Assembly (NCBI GenBank): GCA_039795775.1
Contig: JBDKLC010000005.1
Span: 379,958-443,957, forward strand
Source of the DNA: Candidatus Parcubacteria bacterium
GTDB taxonomy: Bacteria; Patescibacteriota; Minisyncoccia; Phycocordibacterales; CAIZLB01
DNA length: 64,000 nt
Direction: 5' to 3'
Shown: one piece after another, positions 9,482-19,547 of the stretch
Layout of the letters: every line of letters starts with the position of its first letter
How positions within the stretch are numbered: position 1 is the stretch's first letter
Translations under genes and position numbers: made by a program
The notes under the pieces: generated by a model
Seen by the model: the letters and a program-made list of their open reading frames with translations, nothing else
What the model was told of the DNA's origin: nothing
Databases searched by the model: none

Positions 9482-10111
9482 TTAGGCTTGTGGACTCAAG
9501 ACTGAGATTTGTCCTTCGAATCCTTCGATGTCTTTTCGCTTGATGGTAAGTTTGTCTACGGGTGATACCTGTGTACCCGATTCTTTGAGGAAGGCTTTGA
9601 GACTTTCGTCTTTTTCATTCTTGAAATGCATTGGAATGATGAGCTTTGGTTCAAGATTCATAGCTGTCTTGTATGCTTCCTTCGCGTCATATACACCATC
9701 GCCTCCAATAGGAACAAAAAGGAGATCTACTTCATCGATAATCTCTGAGATAGCACTTGGAAGTGGACCTTTTTGTGCTCCGAGGAAAAGAGTGTTGATC
9801 CCGTCGATTGTAAGAGAGTAAATAGTGTTTGTTCTCTTTTCACCATCATATTCAGATTCACTACCAATACCTTGTACAAAAATACCGTTTGTTTCGTATT
9901 CACCTGGACCTGAAATGACGAAAGGTTGTTTGTCACCATATGACATATCAGTTCCACCTCCCATATCATCATGAAGTGTTGTTTGAAGTACGACATCAGC
10001 ACCAAACTTGTTCATTTTAAATTGAGAATTTTTTGATGGAGGGTTAATTGCAACAACTAAGTTACCAAACTGAATTTTGAAGGCTTCGTGACCAAGGTAT
10101 GTGATAATCAT
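9482..10111 (-). CDS. MBL-fold metallo-hydrolase-like protein
   Basis: MIITYLGH, GPGEYE, DLLFVPIGG and PKLIIPMH motifs; metal motif degenerate. Confidence 0.85.
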   Translation of the reverse strand: MIITYLGHEAFKIQFGNLVVAINPPSKNSQFKMNKFGADVVLQTTLHDDMGGGTDMSYGDKQPFVISGPGEYETNGIFVQGIGSESEYDGEKRTNTIYSLTIDGINTLFLGAQKGPLPSAISEIIDEVDLLFVPIGGDGVYDAKEAYKTAMNLEPKLIIPMHFKNEKDESLKAFLKESGTQVSPVDKLTIKRKDIEGFEGQISVLSPQA

Positions 10112-10331
10112 ACGTGTATTGTACCCAATTATAATGGTCGAGACAATTGACTACCTCGTATATGTACTTTTTTATTTTGCTATGGCATAGTTAAATCCGG
10201 ATCTGTATATACTGACGACCATAGATGGAAGAATACTTCCCTTTCTGGATAACCCCGTTTCTGCCTTCGCAGGCTGAATTTGGAGGCAATGGCGTCTCCA
10301 ACATATATATAGTGACTGTTCATCACGTTTT

Positions 10332-10691
10332 ATGAATATGAATCTGCCCATGGCAGTGACATTATGCCTCATAGCCGCCTGGACCATCAGCATGATCTGC
10401 TCGAAAGTCCTTCTCAACAAAGCATTGCAAGCTCACAAGCAAGAAAAAACTGACTGCTCTGGCAGCGACATCCTCATCGGTCTCACCGGAATTGTCGTAT
10501 GCGCAGTGCCCATAGCAAGTTCGTTTCTCATTCACGGATATGTTCTGTGGATCATTCCAACCGATCCCAGCATAGTCGTTTGGCTAAAAAAAATCGCCAA
10601 TGGGAGCAATTGGGCTCTCTTCTTCTTCGGATGCGCTTACTATGCTCGGCGCACCAGCAAAATAGGACTCTTTCATACGGAGTCTCGATAA
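10332..10691 (+). CDS. Hypothetical membrane protein (orphan)
   Basis: Three hydrophobic segments; followed by a GC-rich hairpin at about 10707-10740. Confidence 0.6.
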   Translation: MNMNLPMAVTLCLIAAWTISMICSKVLLNKALQAHKQEKTDCSGSDILIGLTGIVVCAVPIASSFLIHGYVLWIIPTDPSIVVWLKKIANGSNWALFFFGCAYYARRTSKIGLFHTESR

Positions 10692-11260
10692 GCCACTACA
10701 CGCCCCGGGGGCTCACATCGCTGATGCGATGTGAGCCCCCTTTGATATTTAGGCTAAGTCATCTATACTTTTTTTGGGATAGCATAATATTCCCGTAGGT
10801 AACATTCGGACGTGAGCTAAGTCCTAAAATAGTCTCTGGTTGGAATCCTGTCGACTTCGGCACAGACATCGCTGACTTATTACGATGGGACCTGTCCATG
10901 CACCACCCAACATCACTGCGAGGACCGCTTGTGCATTGTTGGGGGTTTCCTTTTGAGGGCATTTCTCATGTTGAAATGAAGCTTAAAAAACCCTACCGTG
11001 GGAGAATTCGGTCGGCACTGCGCCGCTTCAAAGCAAACCAAACTCGTGAGCATCGCTCCGGGTGCCCGCACTTCTTGTCACGTCGACGGAAGAAGTGCGG
11101 GCCTTTTGTTTATCGACTTTATTCAGTTATATGGATCATTTGCATACGTCACACGTCTGAATTTTGACGAAAATAATGGCCTATGGCATCATTACTATCC
11201 AGATCGAACTACACTGTCGGTCTACCACTGCAACCAGCACAGAAGGAGGTGAATCAAATC

Positions 11261-11392
11261 ATGGCACATAAAGGACAAGGACAAGGACAAGATGCCTTTC
11301 TCAAAGGCAACGCAACACAGCGCAAAAACGCCAGCCAAATGCTGAAAAAGCAAACTGGCCGCGGCCACAGAAGCGGTAAGAACAGGCGCTAA
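11261..11392 (+). CDS. Small basic protein (43 aa)
   Basis: Strong SD AAGGAGGTGA upstream of ATG 11261; MAHKGQGQGQ...GKNRR; strong terminator at 11420-11454. Confidence 0.65.
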   Translation: MAHKGQGQGQDAFLKGNATQRKNASQMLKKQTGRGHRSGKNRR

Positions 11393-11588
11393 GCCTTGAC
11401 CCAACCGGTCATTTCATACAGGGCGGGCCCGGACGACACGTCCGGGCCCGCCCTTCCCTTTTTCATACTTTTATAGTATCCTCATTGAGCACATTTATTA
11501 GCAAATCCAAGGAAATGTAAGCCCCGCTGTGAGCCCTTTTGGGTCCCTGTTGCAATTTCAAGCGGAAGCGTTTCCTTACAACATCTAA

Positions 11589-12737
11589 ATGGCAGAAACA
11601 ACAAAGCGAGTTTCAAAGAAATCTGAACTCGCAAACCAGGCAGAAATCGAAGCAGCGGCAGCAATTGCAGCTAAAAACGATTCTGTGATGGGCAAATTTT
11701 TAACAGACAGTGTTACACCTCCAAGTGTTGGTGACCTTGTAGAAGGCCCAGTAATTGCAGTAGACAAAAAAGGTGTATTCATTGACCTCGCACCTTACGG
11801 AACAGGTATCATCTACGGCCGAGAATACATCAACGCCCGAGATATCATCCGAAAAGTAAACATTGGTGACAAGATTGCCGCAAAGGTTATCGACCTCAAC
11901 AATGCAGACGGATACGTTGAACTTTCTCTTAAAGAAGCTAAGCAGGCACTCATCTGGAGTGAAGCTGAAGCAGCTATTAAGGCTCGAACAACATTCGATA
12001 TTCCAGTTCTCGAAGCAAACAAGGGTGGTCTTCTCCTTGCATGGCAAGGTATTCAGGGCTTCCTCCCTGCTTCACAGCTCAAGGCTGATCACTATCCTCG
12101 AGTAGAAGATGGCGATAAAGACAAGATTCTTGATGAACTTAAGAAATTTGTTGGTCAGAAGCTTTCAGTAACAATCATCTCTGCAGCTCCAAAGGAAGGT
12201 AAACTTATCTTCTCTGAAAAGTCTCCAGAAATGAAAGACAAAGAAAAGATCATCAGTAAGTACTCAGTTGGCGAAGAAGTTGAAGGTACTGTTACAGGCG
12301 CCGTAGACTTCGGAGTATTCGTGAAGCTTGAAGAAGGTCTCGAAGGTCTCGTTCACATTTCAGAAATCGACTGGTCACTTGTTGAAGATCCTCGAACAAT
12401 GTTCAAGGTTGGAGACAAAGTAAAAGTAAAGGTTATTGAAATCAAGGACGGTAAAATCTCTCTTTCTATCAAGGCTCTCAAAACAAACCCTTGGAAAGAA
12501 GCTGAAAAGAAATACAAGAAGGACGACATGGTGTCAGGTGTTGTAATCAAATTCAACAAACACGGTGCTCTCGCTTCTATTGAAGAAGGTGTAGCTGGTC
12601 TCGTTCACGTTTCAGAATTCGGAAGTGAAGCAAAACTCCGAGAAAAACTTGAACTCGGCAAGTCATACTCATTCAAGATTGCTCTCTTCGATGCAAAGGA
12701 CCAGAAAATGGCTCTCTCATACGTAGAAAAGAAATAA
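11589..12737 (+). CDS. rpsA: 30S ribosomal protein S1 (short form)
   Basis: Tandem S1 domains: NKGGLL..GFLPASQL, DFGVFV..EGLVHISEI, AGLVHVSE. Confidence 0.88.
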   Translation: MAETTKRVSKKSELANQAEIEAAAAIAAKNDSVMGKFLTDSVTPPSVGDLVEGPVIAVDKKGVFIDLAPYGTGIIYGREYINARDIIRKVNIGDKIAAKVIDLNNADGYVELSLKEAKQALIWSEAEAAIKARTTFDIPVLEANKGGLLLAWQGIQGFLPASQLKADHYPRVEDGDKDKILDELKKFVGQKLSVTIISAAPKEGKLIFSEKSPEMKDKEKIISKYSVGEEVEGTVTGAVDFGVFVKLEEGLEGLVHISEIDWSLVEDPRTMFKVGDKVKVKVIEIKDGKISLSIKALKTNPWKEAEKKYKKDDMVSGVVIKFNKHGALASIEEGVAGLVHVSEFGSEAKLREKLELGKSYSFKIALFDAKDQKMALSYVEKK

Positions 12738-12771
12738 TCTCTCGATACATTCGCTTCTGTCGAATATATCA

Positions 12772-12809
12772 AAAAGAGAAAAGCCCCATCACTGGGGCTT
12801 TTCTCTTTT
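12772..12809. terminator. Bidirectional terminator between rpsA and pth
   Basis: AAAAGAGAAAAGCCCCA..TGGGGCTTTTCTCTTTT. Confidence 0.75.
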
Positions 12810-12828
12810 GTATGAGGAGTGAAAAGTC

Positions 12829-13428
12829 TTACTGATTATACATCTCCATAGCCTTAGCACGGTCTTCTGTAACAATAACTGTAAGTGCATCAGCTACTTC
12901 TTTTGCCACTTTCTTCATTTCATCCATCTCTGGTTTCTTGAATGGTCCAACGATAAAATCGAGAACTTTCTCTCCTGTTGGTTTCTTAATTTTTCCTGAA
13001 GGAGTTGTTGGAGATACACCTACTTTGATTCGCGTATATGCTTCCGTTTTGATAGCTCTATTGATAGATTCAATCCCCTTGTGACCGCCAGAACCTCGGT
13101 TAAAGACAATCTTAATTTTTCCTAAAGGCATATCGAGATCATCGTGTACCACAATCAATTTTTCTGCCTTTTTTACACTCGTAATTGTATCTTTCAAAGA
13201 TGAACCTGATTTATTCATAAATGTTTCAGGCATAATAACAGTTACTTTTTCGGCAGACTTGCCGCTCCCTATTTCTCCTGCTGACACGAGTGCTGTAAAT
13301 TTCTTACTTGATACCACTTCTGGTAATCCGTTCTTTTTTATAAAAGCCGAAACAGCGATTCTGCCTGCGTTGTGACGTGTATCTGCATATTCTTCTCCTG
13401 GGTTTCCGAGGCCAACGATGTAGTACAT
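12829..13428 (-). CDS. pth: Peptidyl-tRNA hydrolase
   Basis: IVGLGNPG..Y..TRHNAG, PETFMNKSG, HDDLD, GGHKG. Confidence 0.96.
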   Translation of the reverse strand: MYYIVGLGNPGEEYADTRHNAGRIAVSAFIKKNGLPEVVSSKKFTALVSAGEIGSGKSAEKVTVIMPETFMNKSGSSLKDTITSVKKAEKLIVVHDDLDMPLGKIKIVFNRGSGGHKGIESINRAIKTEAYTRIKVGVSPTTPSGKIKKPTGEKVLDFIVGPFKKPEMDEMKKVAKEVADALTVIVTEDRAKAMEMYNQ

Positions 13429-13517
13429 AAAAATAAGTGTGTGAAGCTGGTGGTTAAAATTCAGCCGTTTTTATGCTCATATTGTATCACATCGACTATT
13501 CTGGTATTATTGCGCCA

Positions 13518-14123
13518 ATGAATGAGTTATCTGAACAAACTCCAGTGTCAGAATCTCCTACTCCTACAGTAGAGAAGCCCTCGTCTGACCATTTCTGGAG
13601 ATTTGCCTTCATTTTGTTTGCAATATTCATTCCTCTCCGACTTTTCGTAGCCGAACCTTTTCTTGTATACGGCAGCTCCATGGAACCCAACTTTGACACC
13701 GGCGACTACCTCATCGTCGATGAACTCACCTACAGATTCGAGGACCCAAAACGAGGTGATGTGATCGTCCTCAAACCGCCAGTCGTAGACAAAGAAAAAT
13801 CTCATTTCATCAAAAGAATCGTCGGTCTTCCCGGAGAAACAGTGATCGTTCAAAACGGAAAAGTTACTATCAAGAACACAGACAATCCAGACGGATTTAC
13901 ACTTGATGAACCATACCTCAAGTATATGAGTAATCGAGAAGCAGTATATAAACTCGCTTCTGACGAATACTTTGTTATGGGAGACAACAGACCGGTTAGT
14001 TCCGACTCCAGAAATTGGGGACCTCTCAAGCGAGATGACATCACAGGAAGAGCATTTCTTCGACTCTATCCCCTCAAACACCTCCAAGTACTCCCAGGAT
14101 CTTTAGAGAAATTTCAGAAATAA
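13518..14123 (+). CDS. lepB: Signal peptidase I
   Basis: GSSMEP (catalytic Ser), FIKRIVGLPGE (Lys), YFVMGDNR..SSDSR. Confidence 0.95.
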   Translation: MNELSEQTPVSESPTPTVEKPSSDHFWRFAFILFAIFIPLRLFVAEPFLVYGSSMEPNFDTGDYLIVDELTYRFEDPKRGDVIVLKPPVVDKEKSHFIKRIVGLPGETVIVQNGKVTIKNTDNPDGFTLDEPYLKYMSNREAVYKLASDEYFVMGDNRPVSSDSRNWGPLKRDDITGRAFLRLYPLKHLQVLPGSLEKFQK

Positions 14124-14153
14124 ATCAGTTTATACACATCACAACGAAACGGT

Positions 14154-15413
14154 ATGCCACAAAAAACTATTGAAAAAGAACAGGCTAAAAATTCAGTAAA
14201 AAAATCCCTTCCTTCGGCTATTCACCAAACTCACCTCAAAGCAGATTCGACAGCAAATCACTACGGATTTGTGCCTTTTGCTGGACTTGAAGTTGAAAAA
14301 CAAGACATCGCAAAATCAAAAACATTTAAAGACCCAAAGATCAAAGAAATGTCTGGCAGTAAGCAAGACTTGCTCAACTTTGACGGCTTTCTCGAAGAAA
14401 AAATCGCCATTGTCCGAACATATCTCGACAAAAAGATGGCTGACCTCTCTCAACCACCAATGATTAGTTACAGTGGCCCTCTTCCTGGAAATCCTCATGT
14501 AAAAAAGAATAGTCGAGAACACATTTTCAACCTCGACATTATCGGCAACCACAAGAGTATTGCTGACGCTATTATTATTGAAACTTCGTTTGTTATTTTG
14601 AAAGAGCATTACGAAGACATGGAACTTTCTATCGAAATCAACTGTATTGGTGACAAAGATTCTCTCGCACGATTCACACGAGAATTCATTGCCTATTACA
14701 AAAAGCATCTCAATGAAATGCCCGCACCCTGCCGAGCTATTTTCAAAAAGAATCCGTTTGATGTACTTGGCTGTACACACGATGAATGTCTCGCCCTCCA
14801 AGACGAAGCTCCAAAAGCTATGAGTTACCTCACAGAACCAAGTCGAATTCACTTCAAAGAACTTCTTGAATACATCGAATCACTTTCTCTTCCGTACATC
14901 ATCAACCACGCACTTGTTGGAAGTCAGAACTATTGCAGTGGTGTCATCTTCCGAATCGTTGGTATTTCAAAGAAAGAAAAAACATGTAAACCAATCGTGC
15001 TTGGCCTCGGTGAACGATACAACACTGTCGCTCGAAAAGCGTGGGGCAAAAAAGAGATCCCCGCTATCGGTGCTGCCCTTGCCGTAAAAGATGACTCAGG
15101 TGCAAAAATTGCAAAGAAAAAAGTAGAAGCCCCACGATTTTATTTCATTCAGCTTGGGTATGACGCAAAGCTCAAGAGTCTTGCTATCATCGAAATGCTT
15201 CGACAGGCAAAGATCCCTGTTGTACAGGCGCTTTCACGAGACAAAATCACCACACAGCTCGCGGCTGCCGAAAAACTCAATGTGCCTTATATTCTTATTC
15301 TTGGACAAAAAGAAGCCATCGAAGAAAGTGTGACTGTACGAACAATGTCTAACCGATCTCAAGAGACAGTACCTATTTCAGAACTTGTCGCTTATCTCAA
15401 GAAACTCGCCTAG
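14154..15413 (+). CDS. Degenerate histidyl-tRNA synthetase-like protein
   Basis: HisRS-like insertion domain (KNPFDVLGC, LLEYIESLSLPY) and C-terminal HGTP anticodon-binding domain; catalytic motifs 2/3 eroded. Confidence 0.7.
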   Translation: MPQKTIEKEQAKNSVKKSLPSAIHQTHLKADSTANHYGFVPFAGLEVEKQDIAKSKTFKDPKIKEMSGSKQDLLNFDGFLEEKIAIVRTYLDKKMADLSQPPMISYSGPLPGNPHVKKNSREHIFNLDIIGNHKSIADAIIIETSFVILKEHYEDMELSIEINCIGDKDSLARFTREFIAYYKKHLNEMPAPCRAIFKKNPFDVLGCTHDECLALQDEAPKAMSYLTEPSRIHFKELLEYIESLSLPYIINHALVGSQNYCSGVIFRIVGISKKEKTCKPIVLGLGERYNTVARKAWGKKEIPAIGAALAVKDDSGAKIAKKKVEAPRFYFIQLGYDAKLKSLAIIEMLRQAKIPVVQALSRDKITTQLAAAEKLNVPYILILGQKEAIEESVTVRTMSNRSQETVPISELVAYLKKLA

Positions 15414-15589
15414 ATTGAATATATAGCCAGATATGGTATAAAAAGGACGAAATTCGTCCTTTTTTTATTGTTAAGGTGATACAAAAGGGTCGAACATTCT
15501 CTCGTTTTTTTAATTTACGTTCAATCTTGCTGTATCGCCTTAACCCAAAATTTCGATCTCATAGCAGAGGTCGAGGCGAGAACTCAACA

Positions 15590-15979
15590 ATGGAAATCAA
15601 CGTCTTCACCAGAGCTATTCTGGTATTTGTCAAAGCAAGGTATAACATCGTGACAATCGACCCAAAGTCCACCTTCCACGAAGTCCTGCCAGGTATGTGC
15701 ATGTTCTGCAAACTACCCAACGTGGGTGAAACCATCGGCAAACGCCACCTCCTGTTCTTCGTGAACTCCTACGAACCAAAAGCAGAAGGCTCGATAGCAG
15801 TAGAAATCGCACCAGGAACAGGCTACGGCTTCATCGAAATCACTGATCGTGAACACACCCTCATTATGAGAAATGGCATTGGCGCAATCATGAACGTGCC
15901 TTGCGACGACACTACAGCCCTTCCTGAGGAAAAAGGCGAGACATTCGCCGAATTCAACAGTCGCGCAAGCGCTTCTTAA
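15590..15979 (+). CDS. Hypothetical protein (orphan)
   Basis: ATG 15590 after a structured leader; followed by a 19-bp inverted repeat. Confidence 0.6.
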   Translation: MEINVFTRAILVFVKARYNIVTIDPKSTFHEVLPGMCMFCKLPNVGETIGKRHLLFFVNSYEPKAEGSIAVEIAPGTGYGFIEITDREHTLIMRNGIGAIMNVPCDDTTALPEEKGETFAEFNSRASAS

Positions 15980-16163
15980 CCCCCACCCGCGGGAGGTACG
16001 CAGACCCCATATCAAGCCCTTACAGGGCCACGATATTCAGGAATCCTGCGTACCTCCCGCGGGTTTTCCTTTTATGTGCTTTTAGAGGTCCCAGAAGGCT
16101 CCCCAGGCCTTTGTACGCCCATATTGCGCCGTATTTGATAATATGTTACTCTAATTGCCACAT

Positions 16164-16403
16164 ATGATTAATGTTCAAACAGAGAAAAACTCAAACGAAA
16201 GCGCATCATCGCTTCTTCGACGATTCACAAAACGAATGCAGGAATCAGGCGTTTTGAATCGAGTACGATCTCTCCGATACAACGAACGAGTGCTTTCAAA
16301 GTACAAGCGAAAGATGGCTACTCTCGAAAAACTCGGAAAGAAAGAAGAAATGGCGAAGCTCGCTAAACTCGGAAAACTCCCAGTTCGACCAGGAAGAAAA
16401 TAA
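16164..16403 (+). CDS. rpsU: Ribosomal protein bS21-like
   Basis: NESASSLLRRFTKRMQESGVL resembles bS21 ES..ALRRFKR; small and basic. Confidence 0.75.
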   Translation: MINVQTEKNSNESASSLLRRFTKRMQESGVLNRVRSLRYNERVLSKYKRKMATLEKLGKKEEMAKLAKLGKLPVRPGRK

Positions 16404-16419
16404 TAGCTGTCACCTCATT

Positions 16420-16821
16420 ATGCGATCTCTTCGCGAAGGAACACTTTCAATATCTACTTCACTCAAAAGCACACCTCGCATTGACGGTGTGCTTTTTGAG
16501 CGTCTCAAAGACCATGTGCTCGGAAAAGACTATGAACTCTCACTTGTATTTGTAGGAAAAAAATTTGGCAGACGACTCAACAAGCAACATCGAGGAAAAG
16601 ATTATGCAACTGACATTCTCAGTTTTCCAAACGATACAACATTCGGTGAAATGTTTATTCATCCCGACAAAGCCCGATCAAAAGCAAAAGAATTTGATAG
16701 AACATTTGAAAATTATCTTAAATTTATATTTATCCACGGTTTGTTTCATTTGAAAGGATTCGATCATGGTAGTACAATGGAACACGAAGAAGCACGCGTT
16801 CGAGCTTTGTTTAACATTTAA
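16420..16821 (+). CDS. ybeY: rRNA maturation RNase YbeY
   Basis: LNKQHRGKDYATDILSF and HGLFHLKGFDH zinc motif. Confidence 0.93.
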   Translation: MRSLREGTLSISTSLKSTPRIDGVLFERLKDHVLGKDYELSLVFVGKKFGRRLNKQHRGKDYATDILSFPNDTTFGEMFIHPDKARSKAKEFDRTFENYLKFIFIHGLFHLKGFDHGSTMEHEEARVRALFNI

Positions 16822-16840
16822 ATTAATCTTACTTTAAGAA

Positions 16841-18031
16841 ATGGCAATCGGCCGATCAGTCGCCGTGGGCATTGATATTGGAACTTCAGGCGTTAAAGTT
16901 ATCGTCTCTGAAGGTGATCCAAGAAATGAAAGAGCCTTTCCTCGAGTTTTGGGTACTGGGTACTCAGAATCGAAAGGCCTTCGCCACGGGTATATCACAA
17001 ATCTAGAAGAGACTGTCAAAAGCATTCGTGCTGCGGTGTCTCAGGCTGAAAAATCTTCTGGTGTTCCCATCAGAAAAGCGTACGTTGCCATCGGCGGCGT
17101 CGGTGTATCTGCCATAGTTTCGAACGGTGCTATTTCTACTACAAAAGCTGATAGTGAAATCACAGAACTCGACATCAAACGAGCCTGGGATGAAAGTGAA
17201 AAAGAACTCCCTCAAGCCTTTATTTTAAATAGAAAAATCATTCATACGGTTCCTCTCGAATATCGTATTGATGGCAAAAAAGTCCTTGGCCGACCGCAAG
17301 GCATGAAAGGTGTGCGACTTGAAGCAAAAGTTCTCTATATCACCTGCCTCGGTCATCACCTCAATGACATTCTTCTTGCATTTGAAGAAGCTGATATCGA
17401 AGTAGAAGACGTTGTAGCCTCACCTATGGCAGCGAGCCTCGTGACTCTCAACAAAACTCAAAAAATTGCAGGTTGTATTCTCGCCAACATTGGATCAGAG
17501 ACAACATCTATCATTGTGTACGAAAACAACATTCCTGTTTCAATGGAAATTTTTCCATTTGGTTCAAACGATGTCACAAACGATATTGCACTCGGACTTA
17601 AAATTCCTATTGATGAAGCTGAACAAGTAAAAGTTGGTACAGGAAAAATGGAAGGCCTTTCAAAACGAAAACTAGAAGAAATTATTATTGCTCGACTCTC
17701 GGATATTTTTGACTTGATTGAAGATCATCTTCGACGAATAGATCGAAGCGGACTTCTTCCTGCTGGTATTATCCTCACAGGTGGTGGTTCAGGACTTTCT
17801 GTCGTTGAAGAACTCGCCAAGCTTACACTCAAGCTTCCTGCAAAACGACACGTCATCAAATTTGAAGGAAATACAAAATCTATTACTCGAGATTACGAGT
17901 GGGCTGTTGCATACGGACTCACAATGCTCGGTCTTTCTACAGAACAAGACAGTGGTGGAAAACTCGGTTTCAAATTTGCAAAAAAAGCAAAGAACAGTAT
18001 TTGGGGTTGGATTAAGCAATTCCTTCCATAA
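16841..18031 (+). CDS. ftsA: Cell division protein FtsA
   Basis: GIDIGTS, GLRHG, P.GM.G.RLE, GIILTGGGS; directly upstream of ftsZ. Confidence 0.95.
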   Translation: MAIGRSVAVGIDIGTSGVKVIVSEGDPRNERAFPRVLGTGYSESKGLRHGYITNLEETVKSIRAAVSQAEKSSGVPIRKAYVAIGGVGVSAIVSNGAISTTKADSEITELDIKRAWDESEKELPQAFILNRKIIHTVPLEYRIDGKKVLGRPQGMKGVRLEAKVLYITCLGHHLNDILLAFEEADIEVEDVVASPMAASLVTLNKTQKIAGCILANIGSETTSIIVYENNIPVSMEIFPFGSNDVTNDIALGLKIPIDEAEQVKVGTGKMEGLSKRKLEEIIIARLSDIFDLIEDHLRRIDRSGLLPAGIILTGGGSGLSVVEELAKLTLKLPAKRHVIKFEGNTKSITRDYEWAVAYGLTMLGLSTEQDSGGKLGFKFAKKAKNSIWGWIKQFLP

Positions 18032-18194
18032 TTTCTTCAGAAATTTTATTTTAGAGCTTTATTAAGCCATATTTTTTCACCTCATTACAGCACAATAAGG
18101 CCATGTTTTTAACTATTGCGCTATAAAAAAGCGTGATATGATACTTCATCATATCTTGATAAAGTATTGATTTATTATTTGAGTAAAACCACTT

Positions 18195-19445
18195 ATGCCA
18201 CAAGTAAAACCTGAAGTAGAAACATTCGCACGAATCAAAGTCGTTGGCGTTGGAGGTTCTGGAAAGAACGCTATCAACCACATGATCAACTCTAAAGTAA
18301 AGGGTGTTGATTTTCTTGCTATAAACACAGATGCACAAGATCTCCATCACTCGATGGCGAAGCAAAAGATTCACATCGGTAAGAACCTTACAAAAGGTCT
18401 AGGTGCTGGTATGAACCCAGAAGTTGGTAAACGAGCAGCTGAAGAAACTCGAGAAGAAATTCAGGAAGCTCTCAAGAACTGCGACATGGTATTCGTTGCA
18501 GGTGGCTTTGGTGGTGGTACATGTACAGGTGCAGGACCTGTAGTGGCAAAGATCGCAAAGGAAATGGGCGCACTCACAGTGGGTGTTGTCTCAAAACCTT
18601 TCTCTTTCGAAGGTCAGCAGCGAATGCGACTTGCAGAAGGTGGTCTTGAAGAACTCAGTAAATGCGTTGATGCTCTCGTTATCATTCCAAACGACAAACT
18701 CCTTTCAACAATTTCAAAAGAAACTACAGCGCGGCAGGCGTTCGCAATGAGTGATGAAGTCCTCAAACAGGCTGTTGAAGGTATTTCAGACCTTATTACA
18801 ACTCCAGGTACAGTGGGCAACATCGACTTTGCCGACATTCGAGCCGTTCTCGAAAATGCAGGCTCAGCTCTCATGGGCATTGGTATCGCAAGTGGCGAAA
18901 ACCGAGCTATCGAAGCTGCAAAGGGTGCTATCAGTTCCCCACTCCTCGATGTTTCAATGCATGGAGCAAAGGGCGTACTCTTCTCTATTGCTGGTGGCGA
19001 AGACCTCACTATGTGGGAAATTCAGGAAGCCGCTAAGATCATTACAGACTCTGTTGATCCAGATGCCAAGATTATCTTCGGTACAGTAAAAGACGAAAAG
19101 CTCAAGAAGAACGAAATTCGAATTACAGTTATTGCTGCAAACTTCCCAGACAGTGGCAGTGTACGACGATCTCTATTTGAGAATATGCGACCTTCTGCTG
19201 CACAATCAGCACCTGCGCAGTCAAACACTCAGCAAGCACCTCAGCAACAGCCACAGCAGGCTCCTGAAGCTTCACAGAATGAATCTCGAAAGATCTTCAA
19301 CTCTATTCCTGTAAACAACCAGGCGGTGAACAACGCTCCAAAGCAAGAAGAACGAAAGCCAGAAGCACCTCAGGCTCCAACTACTCCAAACGACGAAGAT
19401 GACTGGGCAGTTCCAGCATTCCTCCGACGGTCAAAATTGAAATAA
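18195..19445 (+). CDS. ftsZ: Cell division protein FtsZ
   Basis: VGVGGSGKNA, NTDAQ, GGGT(C)TG, NIDFAD and C-terminal VPAFLRR. Confidence 0.98.
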   Translation: MPQVKPEVETFARIKVVGVGGSGKNAINHMINSKVKGVDFLAINTDAQDLHHSMAKQKIHIGKNLTKGLGAGMNPEVGKRAAEETREEIQEALKNCDMVFVAGGFGGGTCTGAGPVVAKIAKEMGALTVGVVSKPFSFEGQQRMRLAEGGLEELSKCVDALVIIPNDKLLSTISKETTARQAFAMSDEVLKQAVEGISDLITTPGTVGNIDFADIRAVLENAGSALMGIGIASGENRAIEAAKGAISSPLLDVSMHGAKGVLFSIAGGEDLTMWEIQEAAKIITDSVDPDAKIIFGTVKDEKLKKNEIRITVIAANFPDSGSVRRSLFENMRPSAAQSAPAQSNTQQAPQQQPQQAPEASQNESRKIFNSIPVNNQAVNNAPKQEERKPEAPQAPTTPNDEDDWAVPAFLRRSKLK

Positions 19446-19547
19446 TTCAATCTTAAAAAAGGCCCCAGCAATGGGGTCTTTTTTTGTAAAAAGTTTATAA
19501 AAAAATATTCGTGCTGACACCAACTACCTGTGATATTATATTCATCT

